Counted from the first letter of the stretch, positions 25,693 to 39,391 are shown. The stretch: DNA of 64,000 nucleotides from Octopus sinensis (GCF_006345805.1 NC_043001.1:76694001-76758000), one strand, 5' to 3'. Made by a program: numbers and translations. Notes: generated by a model from the sequence alone, not told the origin.

Positions 25693-26526
25693 CTGTTGTT
25701 GTATAACCTCCAGAATAGTCCTATTTCAACTAGGTAGACTTATCTGTTTCACTCATTGGACAATGGCCATGCTGGGGCACCGCCTTGACGGGTTTTAGTC
25801 GAATAAATCGACCCCAGTAATTTTTTTTTTGCCTTGTTCTTAGTTATCGGAGAACTATCTGATCCTTAAGTAGTCGCTTGACCAGCTAGAAAGAGCAGTT
25901 AAATTTTACTCAGATCATTCTCTCATAAAAAAACGGGAAGGACATGTTCTCTATATCACGAAACACGCAGTTTCTCGATATAAAAAAAAGACGAAGTGGT
26001 CACGGTTAGAACTCATTTCATTTCATTGTGCATCTGCCTGGTCACGATTCACTTGTACTAAACAACAACAACAACAACGACAGCAAGAACAACAACAATA
26101 ACCGTGACGTATGACTCCAAGAAGAATCTCTGGCGGTGCTGAGTTCAAATTTCTTCCATGGCTGTGTGGCTAAGATAATAATAATTTTGGCTTCGGGTTC
26201 AATCACACTGCGTGGTACCTTGATCAAGTGTCATCTATAATTGCCTCGGGTCTATGACTACCTAGTGAATGAATTTGGTAGACGGAAACTGTGTGGAAGC
26301 CCGTCGTATACACATGCACTTGCGTGTGTGTGTGTGTATGTGTTTATGTTTGCCCCACCACCATAGCTTGATGATCGGTATTGGTTTGCTTACGCCCCCG
26401 TGAATTAGCAGTTCCACAGACGTGACCAATACGCTAAGTACCAGACATTTTCTTTTTCTTTTTCTTTCTTTTCTTTTTTTTATTGTAAATAGGAACTGGA
26501 ATTGATTTGATGCATCAGACAAAATA

Positions 26527-27768
26527 TTGGATTGACCGGAAAGTTCGTGCTAATTTTTAAAGGAAAGAAAAAGGTTAATAAATACTTTCCAATACATTTT
26601 TAATCAACCAAATATGCACAATGCGTCTCCATCTTTCCTTTAACTTGAAAATACCCTCTTCCCAGAATTGAGGTGATTTCATGGCAAAGGTGTTTTTTCA
26701 CGTCATCCAAAGAATTAAGACTATTCTGCAGAGACCTGAATAAGTGGAAATCCGAAGGAGCAATATCTGGTGAATATGGAGGGTGGGGTAACACATCCCA
26801 GCCAAGCTGCAGCAATTTTTGTCTGGTTCACAAAGAAACGTGCAGTCTTGCATTATCATGTTGGAAAACAACACTCTTCCTGTTGGCCAATTCTGGACGT
26901 TTCTCTTGAATTGCTCCTTTTAACTCGTCTAGTTGTGTGCAGTATTTCTCAGAATTAATTGTCTGGTTACTTGGGAGAAGCTCATAGTACAGAATTCCTT
27001 TCCAATCCCACCAGACACAAAGCAAAACTTTTTTGGGGTGAAGACCTGCTTTTGGGGTGGCTTAGGGTGGCTCATGTCGCTTACTCCAGGATCGCTTTCT
27101 CTGAACATTTCGGTTCATAATCCATTACTCATCACGTGTCACAATTTGCTTTTAAAAAGGCGCGCTTTCATTCTGTTTATAAAGCGAATTACACATATAA
27201 ATGCGATCGAAAAGGTTCTTCTAACTCAACTCATGTGGTACCCAAACAACGTAGCGATTTGTGTACCGAAGCGTTACCAGGTGCTCATGAACGACGGATT
27301 TTGATAGGCTGAGGCTTTCTGCCAATTCTCGGGTTGTGCAATGTGGCTTATTCTCAATTAATGACTTGATTTGGTCATCATCTGTAGTGGATGGTCTGCC
27401 TGGTCTCTCTTTATCAATGAGACTACAATCTCCAGCTCGGAACCTTGCAAACCACTTCCGTACAGTTTCTTCGGATAAAGAAACATCACTGTAAACCGTG
27501 CATATTTCTTTGGTTGCTTGTGAGGCATTTTTCTCTTTATGGAAAAAGAAAAGCATCAAGTGCCGAAAATGAACTTATCTTCCATTTTAAAGGGTTACAG
27601 AATTAACACAGGTTATAGGAACATAAAACCTTCTTCCACGAAAAGATAGCTTAAACTGTGCTCGAAATGGAGGTGTAGTCAAATCCTATTTAATAGACTC
27701 AACCATGTTCTAAAACAAGTCGAAAGGTAAGCTACTATAAATCGGCATGAACTTTCCGGACAACCCAA
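26527..27768 (-). mobile_element. Mariner (DD34D) transposon, full length but frameshifted
   Basis: TA-flanked TIRs ttggattgaccggaaagttcgtgc / gcatgaactttccggacaacccaa; WVPHEL, CVWWDWKG, HDNAR and YSPDIAPSDFHLF motifs. Confidence 0.93.
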
Positions 27769-28044
27769 TACTTTGCCAGTTGCGTAGTTTGTGGAATGAC
27801 AAATGGAAGTCCGTCTTGGGCGATGCTTTTATAGGAGCTCACTTTGGGGCCTGTCTGCTGTCCAAGCTCGTATAGGTTTAGGGCTCGGTGGAAGAGGTGG
27901 GGTGGGAAGACAAACTCAAGGGCCACCCTGGGCGGCACACACCTTATCTGCGCTGCTGTATCTTGCAATGTTTCAGTGTTCAGGCTCGCGGATGGGATTT
28001 GAAATGAGAGCGTGAAAATCTGTGATGTAACACTGCGTGGCATT

Positions 28045-28285
28045 TAGCTCGATGCCCTGATGATTCCCCTTCATAAGGCCGATTACTCGTTTACCACGGC
28101 GTATAAGTCACCGAGATCACAACATTCCCTCCTCACCAACCCGCTGAACGGAAGTGGACTGGAGCAACATGAAATGAAGTGTTTTTTTGCTAAAGAACAC
28201 AACGCACCACCCTGCTCAGGAACCGAAACCACAATCATGCGATCGTGAGTGCAACACCCAATCACTAAAACCACGCGTCCTCCAC
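28045..28285 (-). mobile_element. tRNA SINE, family C (V/Meta-domain-like)
   Basis: The minus strand has a tRNA-like head then ..aaaaaacacttcatttcatgttgctccagtcca.., as at 36376. Confidence 0.6.
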
Positions 28286-28381
28286 GAGAATATAAAAGGG
28301 ACACAGCTAAAATACCTATTTAGTCCGAAATACCACTGTTTCTGACACCAGATCATCGCCATTTCATTATTACAATTATTA

Positions 28382-28437
<56 letters not shown>

Positions 28438-29150
28438 ACAACACTATGACTAAATTACAGTCCTGCCTTTAATATTATACAGCGCTGACAACACAAATCG
28501 AAATGGATGATTGATTACGCTTGTTCATTAAACTTGCAACAATAGAAGGTTATCATTTATCGATTGGATCTCTCACCAGTTTACCAAGACAATTAACTCA
28601 CATTCTCCACACTTGTGTCTCATTAACTTTTTCTTCTTCCTCCACAGCCAATTCTTCTCTCTCTCTCTCTCTCTTCCTCTCTCCTTCCCTGCCACTCATC
28701 TCTTGTTTCCTTCCTGTCCCATTTTTCTTTCTCGTTTTTTTTTCTTCCTGTTTGTATTTTTTTTTTTCCTTTCTATAGGGTTTTTTATTTTGTTCGTGCT
28801 TTTCGTATGCATGGCATGTATGCGTGTATGAGCGCGTATGTGTGCGTGCGTGTGTACGCGCATGCGTGTGTGTTTTGTTTGAAATAAATTGTTATAGACT
28901 ATTAATCACATTCGTCTATTAGTGTGGTTTCCATTTTAAGTGTGTCGACTAAAAGTAAAGTAAAGGAACGAAATGCTTCCAGATCACAGCATAAATATGC
29001 GTGTACGTGGGTGCGTGTGTGTGTTTGTGTGTATGTGTGTGTGTGTGCGTGTGTGCGAATGTACGTGTGTGCTTGTGTGTGGGGGAGGAGTGTGTAAATA
29101 TATTTGTACTCATATCAGCAGGCATAGCTCTGTCATGCTTAAGAAAACTG

Positions 29151-29182
<32 letters not shown>

Positions 29183-29642
29183 CACACACACACGCATGCG
29201 TATACATGACGAAATACAAAGAATGTTTGGAAAATTAAAAAGTTATTTGTGATCTAACAAAAAAATAAAAAACGACATGAATTTACACTATTCATAAACC
29301 GTTTCCCGTAATATGATAACAAACATTAAATGAAGAGTAGCCTGGACAGAAATATTTTTTCAACTTTGTAAGAGACATACACTCGATTCGTAACCAAAAA
29401 TCTAAACCTCGATCTTCATGTTATTTCTCGTTGTTCGCGGAATTTGCACTTAGAATTTCGCTGCCGTCTTAGGGTGATAAAGTGTTGAATCTTCAGAGGC
29501 TAGTTCCATTCTATTGTCAATGACCTAATTCGACTTCAGCATATGTATGAATTCGAGATAGCGATAAGAAAACACGTTCTTTCCACTTAAACTTTCAGAG
29601 AGTTACCATCTCTCTTCCTTTCGGCCACTTACAGGCAAGTTT

Positions 29643-29874
29643 TATATTTCTTTACTACCCACAAGTGGCTAAACACAGAGGGGACAAATAAGGACAGACA
29701 AATGGATTAAGTCGATTACATCAACCCCAGTGCGTAACTGGTACTTAATTTATCGACCCCGAAAGGATGAAAGGCAAAGTCGACCTCGGCGGAATTTGAA
29801 CTCAGAACGTAACGGCAGACGAAATACCGCTATGCATTTCGCCCGCCGTGCTAACGTTTCTGCCAGCTCGCCGC
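29643..29874 (-). mobile_element. Family A SINE, near-consensus
   Basis: Complete head, B box and tail. Confidence 0.85.
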
Positions 29875-30120
29875 TCTACTTGCAGGCAAGTTTTACTTCA
29901 GCTATCATGGAAGTCAGAGACTCAATCTTCACACACACTGTCAACTTACTTTGCACGAGTCTTGCATGCTTTACTTTTCTTCCTCCCGCCACTTAACAAA
30001 GTAACAGACCTCTACAAGCACTGACAAGAAATTCTCTATCAAAACTAAGAACCCGTAACAGTTGTAAAACATCGTAACGGTTCAATAAAATTTTTAACAC
30101 GTCACACATCTCTCAACTTA

Positions 30121-31003
30121 CCGTAAATCCTCGAGTATAGTCCGTAGGGGATTTTTAGGGGAATGTACCTCTGAAAAACCTAAACCTTGTGTATAATACG
30201 CACCCCTTCTCTAACTTGAGTCAATGAGGTCTATATAACGTCCTTGGTTTGTAAAAATATATACGGTAACGTCCTTTATTATTATTTTATATATACCATA
30301 ATGCAAACGTGTAGCTTTTTTGTGCATTTTGTTTGCAGAAAATAAAGAAATAACAGTAATAACGTTTAATAAATGTGCTTATTGCAAGTTATGGATGACT
30401 AGCAGTATCGCCCGGCGTTGCTCAGGTTGTAAGGGAAATAACTATAAAGCATTTTTAGAGAGTATATAGCCAAAAAATAACAAAAAAATGGAAAAATTAT
30501 GGTAAATTTTTTTTTTAGTTTTAAAAAAAGGTGGAGTTGCGTCCCCTAGACAGTTTGCGGTTTGTGTTTCTGATTCTCGACCCCATGTCGAATTTATCGA
30601 TTTTTTTCAGAACTGGGGGAACTTTTCAAAATTTTCGCTGCGTTAGTTTTGAATTATGACATTGGGCATTGGTATGTGTTGTCAAGTTTCATCAGAATCG
30701 GTTGAAAGCCGTGGTCAGGGTGAGGGTACAAGCAAACAGACACACAGAAACACGCACAACACAACTGCCGTTTATATAGAGAGAGATTCTTTTATGACTT
30801 CATTGCTTTCAGGCTTAGTTTAAGGTATTTTCGCGTCCGACATCACAAAATGTGTCTGAATAAACATTGCCGGACAGCAAATAGAGACTCGGACATTGCT
30901 TAGAAAATATTTTTCATTTTTAACCTCGTATATAGTACACACTAGGGATTTTGACCTTTAAATTTTTTGGGGGGAAATGCGGATTATACTGGAGGATTTA
31001 CGG
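30121..31003. mobile_element. Non-autonomous pogo/Tc2-like element
   Basis: TA-flanked TIRs ccgtaaatcctcgagtatagtccg / cggattatactggaggatttacgg. Confidence 0.75.
30399..30786 (-). mobile_element. Non-autonomous Helitron nested in the pogo-like element
   Basis: 5' TC start, 3' GC-rich hairpin plus CTAG end, inserted between A and T. Confidence 0.8.
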
Positions 31004-31333
31004 TAATTGTTTCTCTAATTACGCAACACGCAACGTCTTCCCCGACTTGCAACATTATACTGTTACATTTGGTGACCCTTCTTGTTACGTCTAACCGTTA
31101 CAACTTCATTCTTTTGGTCAGTTTTTGAGTGATTCCAGAAACAAAATGTACCTAACTTTCCATACTGAAAAACACACCCAAGATTTTGCAAATTATCCGC
31201 TATGCGACATGCAATATCCCTGAGTTACTGTAATGGGCCGAATAGTGTCTTCTAGTGTTATATCTTTTATCGTTTACTTATTCCAGTCACTTGACTGCGG
31301 CCATCCTGGGGCACTGCCTTGAAGAGTTTAGTC

Positions 31334-32743
31334 CAGGGGTCGCCAAAGAGGGTCCAAGGGACCTCCTTGCAGTAGGTGAGCAATTACAGGGGTCGATGAT
31401 TGCCAAGGGGTCGAATGGTGGTCAGCGTGTGAAAGACCAGCTCACCCAGATGAACTGCTTGAAATACTTAGTCAATTTCTTTATTAACCATGAGTTTGAG
31501 AAAAAGAGGGGGCGATACGAGGACAGACAAAACAAACATTGGGGTCAGAGTATCGAATGAGACGAAACGTATGAATAAACAAACAATTAAAATATATACA
31601 ATTAAATGAGAATGAGTGATTTACAAGAAATGAAGCGGAGGACGCGGTCGACCCCACAAACCACATACTCACACTTTCTCCTTTTGATATTCTCGTTTAA
31701 ACAGGTTATTTCACTCGCAACATACTTTATAGACTTCCATCTTTTACGAAACACACTTTGCGACAAGCATTTCTTCTCCAGCCTTATTTTCCGTTTCATG
31801 TGGAAAACGAAGTCGATTAGGCCGAGACTGGAGATGAACATGCCTGTTGCAATTCCTGTCACTCTCGTCTTCCATACTACCTCTTTCGCAACAGCAACTA
31901 CCGGGAAAAAACAGGCTCGCTCCTCCCTATTCAGGGAGGTCGGCGGAACTTAGTCAGCACCGTGGGAAAACAAATTTTTACTGTTGCTAACGTTCGAGGC
32001 CTGACGTCGTAATTTGCATCGTTATCGAAGATTGAGAGGTGTGATTAAGGGGATGCGGACCGCCAAGTGTTTGCTTATGGAAATTGCCTGAACTTGGAGG
32101 GACGAGATGATTTGAGACTGAAACTGACCAATATTCAGCCTGATATCAATGCCTTGATTCAGGATCACCATGCTCATTGATGTTGTTGATTTCAATAAAA
32201 GATTTTTCAGCAATATTATGCGTTTTCACATTTTCTCACCGTGAAAACAACTTCATAAAAATTAAAAGTTCAATACTGTATACTCGTACTACATATAGTT
32301 TTAAATGTAAAAAGTGAGTCATCTTCAATAGAATTTCTTAATTTGTCGTACATGTATGCTTTAGCTAACATTTTGATTGCCAGCATCAGTACCCGGTACG
32401 CATTTAAGACATGGTACTGTACGGTAAAGTATGACGGTATTTTAAATGAGGAGGGTGGTCGATACAGAAGGAGAAGTGGCTCAGTGGGGTCGTTGCGGAA
32501 GAAGTGGCTAAAGGGGTTCGATGGATACTCTTTACTCTTTTACTCTTTTACTTGTTTCAGTCATGTGACTATGGCCATGCTGGAGCACCGCTTTTAGTCG
32601 AGCAAATCGACCCTAGAACTTATTCTTGTAAGCCTAGTACTTATTCTATCGGTCTTTTTGCCGAACCGCTAACTTACAGGGGACGAAACACACCAGCATC
32701 TGTTGTCAAGCAATGTTGGGGGACAAATACAGACACACAAACA

Positions 32744-32793
<50 letters not shown>

Positions 32794-32992
32794 TATACAT
32801 ATACCCGACGGGCTTCTTCAGTTTCCGTCTACCAAATCCACTGACAAGGCTTTGGTCAGCCCGAGGATATACTAGAAGACACTTGCCCAATTGTCATGCA
32901 GTGGGTCTGAACCCAGAACCATGTGGTTTGTAAGCAAGCTACTTACCACACAGCCACTCCTACGCCTGGTCGAAAAAGCTTGGCGACTCCTG
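31334..32992 (+). mobile_element. Internally deleted hAT (Charlie/Buster-like) transposon
   Basis: TIRs caggggtcgccaa / ttggcgactcctg; perfect 8-bp TSD gtttagtc (31326-31333, 32993-33000); C-terminal remnant RDDLRLKLTNIQPDINALIQDHHAH* near 32100-32180. Confidence 0.85.
32526..32967 (-). mobile_element. Full-length family B SINE nested in the hAT
   Basis: Head, CORE-like segment, (TA)n and LINE-like tail are all present. Confidence 0.85.
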
Positions 32993-33775
32993 GTTTAGTC
33001 GATCAAATCAAACCCCGGGACTTTTGCTTTTAGAAATTGAAATGTGTTACAAACATATTTTAACTAACCTAAATATCGCGTATGCCTAATCACAGTTTGG
33101 CGCTGATACTGTTCAATTTCTCTCGACCGGGTGGTCCAACGGCGCATCTCATTCAATGTCGTTGACTGATTATTATTTTTTAGTTAAAGCTACGGTTTTA
33201 AATCTGCTCAGAGTCATATCTCTTCTGTATTTCCCGTTGAGAAAGGCTAAAAAACAAGAAATGCTTCGTCTGGAAATCCGATAGAGGGCAGCACTGGGTA
33301 GATATGGTGTTTTTTTTATATCTTTTATATCTTTTTTCATCTCCACGCGACAATGTAATCAACTCGTAGGTAGTGCGACCTGAAGAATAGTTAAGCTGGT
33401 CCTCTGTATGTTACAACTAATATAACAAGGATCGCTTTGCTACGAAACGTTAGTAGTCCACATTTTACCAGCTCCATTCCTTAATATCTTGAATGTTTAT
33501 TTGCACTTTTAGTATCTTTAGTTGCAAAACCGTAAGCTGTATGGTGACCGTCAGATATCTGAAAATTCTTTTATTTTCAATATACGACGACGTGTGTAAT
33601 TTACGGTGTTAATAAACTCGTTTTATTGTATATTGTCCACCTTCTGTCATCTGCACTTGCAGCATAAACGCTCGTTAGATCGTACTTACGTATTTACTAT
33701 ACACACATATATACATACATACATACATACATACATACATACATACATACATACATACATACACACACGCATACA

Positions 33776-34158
33776 TGGAAGCACTCCGTCGGTTCCGACG
33801 ACGAGGGTTCCGGTTGATCCGACCAACGGAACAGCCTGCTCGTGAAATTAACGTACAAGTGGCTGAGCACTCCACAGACACGTGTACCCTTAATGTAGTC
33901 TCGGGGGATATTCGGCGTGACACAGAGAGTGACAAGGCCGGCCCTTTGAAATACAGGTACAACAGAAACAGGAAGTAAGAGTGAGAGAAAGTTGTGGTGA
34001 AAGAGTACAGCAGGGATCACCACCATCCCCTGCCGGAGCCTCGTGGAGCTTTAGGTGTTTTCGCTCAATAAACACTCACAACGCCCGGTCTGGGAATCGA
34101 AACCGCGATCCTACGACCGCGAGTCCGCTGCCCTAACCACTGGGCCATTGCGCCTCCA
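33776..34158 (-). mobile_element. tRNA SINE, family D
   Basis: Head ggaggcgcaatggcccagtggttagggcagcggactcgcggtcg..ggtttcgattcccag with clear A/B boxes. Confidence 0.8.
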
Positions 34159-34175
34159 CAACACGCATACATACA

Positions 34176-34209
<34 letters not shown>

Positions 34210-34249
34210 CATACATACATACATACATACATACATACATACATACATA

Positions 34250-35573
34250 CAGGGTTTGGACAAAATAATGGAAACACCTTAAAATTTCAAATATATTTTA
34301 ATATGGGTTAGGACCGCCTTTGGCAGTAATTACAGCTTGAATTCTACAACATATGAACTCGTACAAAGTTTGAATTGTTTCCAAAGGAATTTTTCTCCAT
34401 TTTTCATCTAAATCAGTCTCCAGTTCTTGTAGTGACGATAGTGGAAGATATCGACTCCTTAGTTGTTTTTCTAAAATGCATCATAAATATTCAATAATAT
34501 TAAAATCTGGGGACTGTGGTGACCAGATGTTCAACTTCGCTATAATGATCTTCGTGCCATTCAGTAACAACCTAAGCTGTGTGAATTGACGCATTATCAT
34601 TCTGAAAGATTGCGTTTCCCTCCGGAAACAGTCCCGCTACCATAGGATGAATTTGATCAGATAAAATGCTCAAATAGTCTTGACTATTAATTCTACGATG
34701 AAAGGAAACAATTGAGCCGGCTGATTTCCAAGATATAGCCCCCCCCCACCACCGAATAATCACAGATCTTCCTCCATATTTAACAGTTAGAAGAAGGCAG
34801 TCTGGGTCAAATGCTTCTTTTGGCAGTCTGGGTCAAATGCTTCTTTTGGCAGTCTGGGTCAAATGCTTCTTTTGGCAGTCTCCACACGTACATTCGGCCG
34901 GTGGTCGGAAATAAGGTAAAGAATGACTCGTCCGAAAAAATAACATTCTTCCATTCCTCTAGGGACCAAATCTGTAAGTTTTTACTCAATTCTGAACGCT
35001 TTGCAACGTTTGTTTTTGAAAATAGTGGTTTTCTGATTGCAGCCTTCCAGTGAAATCCAGCTTTGTGCAGCTCCCGGCGAGCAGTTTTTGTGGAAACTGG
35101 GTTCTCGAGGTAGTCATTATGCTCTGCAGTAATTTTGGGAGCTCTACTTTTGTGATCTTTCCTAAGAATTCGTATAAGAGTCCGGCGATCCCTATCTGAA
35201 AGTTTTGATTTTCTTCCGGAGTTTTGTTTCGACGAGGAGGTTTTTCCTTCTTTCTCAAAGGCTGTCATTACTTTCGAGACAGTACTTCTTGATACACTAA
35301 ACATTTCGGGTGTTTTCGTTACGCTAGCGCCTGCCATACGAGCACCAACAATTTGACCTCCCTGAAAGTCCGATAGATCTGTCATTTTAATGAATTTTAA
35401 TTACTTTTTTCTGATGATATCTGAAAAGTAACAACAATTTTAGCAAAACATATTTAGCAACACTAACAATAAATCAAAAACATAAAAATAAACAAGCCTT
35501 TGATGGTTTTATAGATATTTCAAAATCATGATGCTATGATGCTAGATGTTCCCATTATTGTGTCCAACCCCTA
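34250..35573 (-). mobile_element. Tc1 transposon, second copy, defective
   Basis: Same TIR and family as 7201-8417; ORF 35385 down to a frameshift at a 26-bp triplication; retains SPDFNIIE. Confidence 0.93.
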
Positions 35574-35605
35574 TACATATATATATGCACGCGCGCGCGC
35601 ACACA

Positions 35606-35636
<31 letters not shown>

Positions 35637-36375
35637 GTATATTGTATTTATACATGGCAGACTTCCACATAATTTCGTCAACGAAGTTCACACACACGGC
35701 ATTGGTCGATCCAGAGCTATAGTAGGAGACACTTGTCCAAGTTGACTTGCATTGAGACTGAACTCAAGTCAACGGGTTTGCAAAACGAGCTTCTTAACAA
35801 CAGAGCCATATGTTTTAATACAACTTATTATAACACCCATAGCAATGGCAGAAAGAAGTTAGCTGCAGTACCTTTTGGACATCTTTTATCACAACAAAAC
35901 GTTACTATTTGCGGATACAATAGAATTCATTTCAAACTCGGTAGAACATGCAACAGATTTATTGAGAAATGTTACCCAGTTGAAATTTTGAAACATGATT
36001 GTGCCTAATTTGCATATTTGAGATTTGAATAGATAATTAGCTAATTTGCATTTTAATTAGATATTGAGCTCGTTTTTTATAAACGTGTCAGCTTAATGCA
36101 AACATTAATTAGCATAATACCAAATCTGTGCTACTTATAGAACGTGAGATATTTTATTTGCGCATCTTAATTAGCTTGTAAGATATTAAATATGGTTGCA
36201 CTAAGATAAAAATAACAATGAATTACATTCTACATATCTTACTCTCGGGTCCCAAATAACAGTGGGTGGTGGAATAAGCAGGTGGGTTGGACATTTGCTT
36301 AAATTCTTATAAACAGATGGTTTGGAATAAACGGGGGCTGGGGTGGAAAATCGGTAATTGTATAGTGCTAACAGT

Positions 36376-36665
36376 GAAGGCGCATGGCTCAGTGGTTAGA
36401 GCGTCGAGCTTACGGTCGTAAGGTTGTGAGTTCGATTCCCGGACCGGGCTGCGTGTTGTGTTCTTGAGCAAGACACTTTATTTCACGTTGCTCCAGTTAA
36501 CTCAGCAGTAGAAATGAGTTGCGATATCACTGGTGCCAAGCTGTATGGCCTTTGCCTTTCTCTTGGATAACATCACTGGTGTGGAGAGGGGAGGCTGGTA
36601 TGCAAGGGTAACTTTCTAGGTGCAATCCCATGGTCATTCATGACCGAAGGGGGTCAACTCCTCAA
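36376..36665 (+). mobile_element. tRNA SINE, family C, with 14-bp TSD
   Basis: tRNA-like head and gtgttcttgagcaagacacttt domain; TSD atagtgctaacagt / atagtggtaacagt. Confidence 0.8.
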
Positions 36666-36742
36666 ATAGTGGTAACAGTATAAAATTTAAAAATTGTCTA
36701 GGTTGTCTCGCTTGATTATTTATTTTTTTTAAACCAGTTATT

Positions 36743-39391
36743 TACTCTCGGGTCTCAAATAATAGTGGGAGGGTTCCGGAATAAGCGGGTGGGTTGTACA
36801 GTTTGCTTAAATCCATATATGTGGGTGGATTGAAATAAACGTGGGTGGGTGGGAATCAGTGACTGAATAGTGTATGTACAAAAATTAGGAAAAATGCATC
36901 TTAAAGCACATATAACGATACAACGTGGCAAAAGAATTCAACAAGAGGCAAGTGAAATTAGCACATACGTGTGCTTCAAACGTTCACTTTAGTTAAGATA
37001 TACATTTGGATGATAAAAATAAGGCATTTGTTAATTATGATAGCTATGGGATTTTTTTTTAAATACTGTGGATTAAACAGATATTAATACAAGCGACACG
37101 TCTTAAAAGAAAGACAAGTAAAATAAAATGAAAAGAATATAATTACCGTTTCGTGAACTTGTATTTATTATACTATACATAAGAAAACATAGCAGTTCGT
37201 AAATAGGTATAAATGATTGAATCATGATTCCTCGTCATTGTCCTTCTGCAAGTTTCTCGGTTTCGATATTCGCTTTTTTACGGATCGCCGAGCTTCACTG
37301 ACAGTTGACATGAATTTGCTTTGATGTGGCAAGAAAAGTGTAGAGATAGAGCTTCCCGTCATCATGTTTGGCCGACCGTGCTTTGGCTCCTGCGAAACCT
37401 CCATGGGGATTTCTCCAGACGGATCAATCATCTCCAGAAAATTCCCAGATGTCTCGCTTTCATCTTCCGACTCACTTTCGACAACTTTTTCCTCATTGCC
37501 ATCAAATTGTTCTGAGCCTTCAATAATGTTTGCACGCTTGACCACTTTCGGTGGAATTAATGACTCTCTGAATAGTATTTGGGTAGGGTTTTTATATCAC
37601 CTCTAGACGAAACTATCACCATCGAAAGCGATTGTGACCCACGTCGACTTGAATGCATTTTCAACATCAATCTTGAAATTTGCATGTGCTTGATGCAACA
37701 TCTGCATCATCTCCGATCGACTTGGCGTGGGTATTTTATTCTGAGTTTGAGCTAACTTTTCAAGCATTTTCGCTTTCTCTGTTTCGCGATATTTTGCTTT
37801 CAGTTGTTTGTGCAAGTGCAAGTCGTTAATTTAAACAAATCCGGTGATACCACCGCCGATGATGACTAGCACATGACCTCTCTTTTAGAGGGTGTCTCTC
37901 ACCTCCAGCATCAGATGCGCCATGTAGTCACCGAGCACATAAATTGCAACGTTTGCCAGTGAAAACATATTGAATCGGTCTGGAAGGCTTTCAATAGAAC
38001 AGAGTAGATGTTCTAATCTATAAGAACCTTTAGGAAACCATTGATATTTCATTGTAGGCAGGGCATTCAGTAGTGGTAGTCTTTTCCCAGTTCCTTTAAA
38101 TACAAACTCTGGGATAAGATTGATTTTGTTATCATTACTAACCTGGATGACCACTGTGATACGTTTCCTAGACAGATGGTGGTTTTCTTTGACAAACGTA
38201 TCTTGATTTCTGACATAAAATGCAAGGACATTTGATCTCCATTGGTAATTAGGAGGATCTACGCCAAATCTGTCAAGAAAATAACGACGCACACTCCATA
38301 TGTTCTTCAATTAATCCTGAATGAGCTCAACACATTGCTCTTTGGAGATTGAACTGCGTTTGTTTGGAAATTTCACGGATACCTCATACTCATTTTGCCA
38401 ACCTTTCATTCAGTTTTTTTTTTTTAAAACAAAGCTTTTCCTTAGTTGGCGTGTCTGGGTGTTCGCAAATCTACTTCTCATAAAATTTCTCGGCCTGTAA
38501 TAGGAAAAGAGCTTGTGGTAGTCTCGCATGCAGCGTTGTTCTAACATCTAACATTTCCTTGTTCTGTGTCCCTGAAGCAGATGTGTTTTGTCTCGAAATG
38601 ATTGATCTTCTTAAGGTTGAAAGGTTATCAATGCCCTAAAATGTTGAAAGCTCACCCGCATGAACGTTGGCTACATATACTGTGGATAAATATTGTTCTT
38701 CCATTCGTTATGAAAACAAATGGAACACTCCAGGTTTTCTTCCCATTCCTGTCATCTTGTTTTTCTTTTTTTTTTTTCTTGGTCATGCTGACAAACGAAT
38801 TCCCTAGAGTTTGTTGTTTTGCACTGGTAACGAGAGTCAGTTTAATCGACTTATACTTCCCTTTAAATTGCTGACCTTGTGCCTAAGAATCGGACAACAC
38901 GCCTTGCAGCATAGAGTTATGACCCATTACGTTCTGAGTTCAATCCTGCTGAAGTTAGCTTTACCTTTCATACCTACGGGTCGATAAAATAAAGCACTTT
39001 AATCCACTAGTCCCTCCCCACAAATTGTTGGCCTTGTGCCTAAATGATAAATCGTTATTTAAAATTTTCTAGGCTATCACCCTTGATTATTTTCAAAACC
39101 AGAATTAGTTATTTAGTTTATATATCCTAATTATTTTGTAACATATGGTATATATGTTTTTAACGTAAAATAAAATTATTAGATTCTCCAGCTGTTGTAT
39201 CAATATGAACAGCTTACAATAAAATTTCACAGGAGATAGATGAGCAAAATTTGATAGGGTGGGAATAAAAGTGGGTGAGAGGGAAGGCTTAACAATTAAT
39301 AAGCAGGGGTGGAATAAAAGCGAGGAGGTGTGGAAAAAATCTGAAAAATTAATAAGCGGGGTGGGGGACGATTATTCAAGATCCCAGAGTA
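36743..39391 (-). mobile_element. Decayed pogo-family transposon with nested family A SINE (about 38790-39060)
   Basis: Ends tactctcgggtc / gatcccagagta; fragments FGVDPP, PEFVFKGTG, PKGSYRLE, YVLGDY.AHL, HLHKQLKAKYRE, AFKSTWVT. Confidence 0.75.

Noticed and set aside
27775-28040. GC-rich segment beside the mariner as an exon or Fanzor/TnpB cargo
   Set aside because: Lies outside the TIR, has stops in the plausible frames, and shows no RuvC or zinc-finger motifs; left unassigned.
31602-31953. piggyBac Cys-rich domain or standalone CDS
   Set aside because: Cys spacing does not fit, and the region lies inside a TSD-defined hAT.
34080-34158. Genuine tRNA gene (also heads at 36376 and 62560)
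   Set aside because: Lacks a proper acceptor stem and terminator, and continues into a SINE body.
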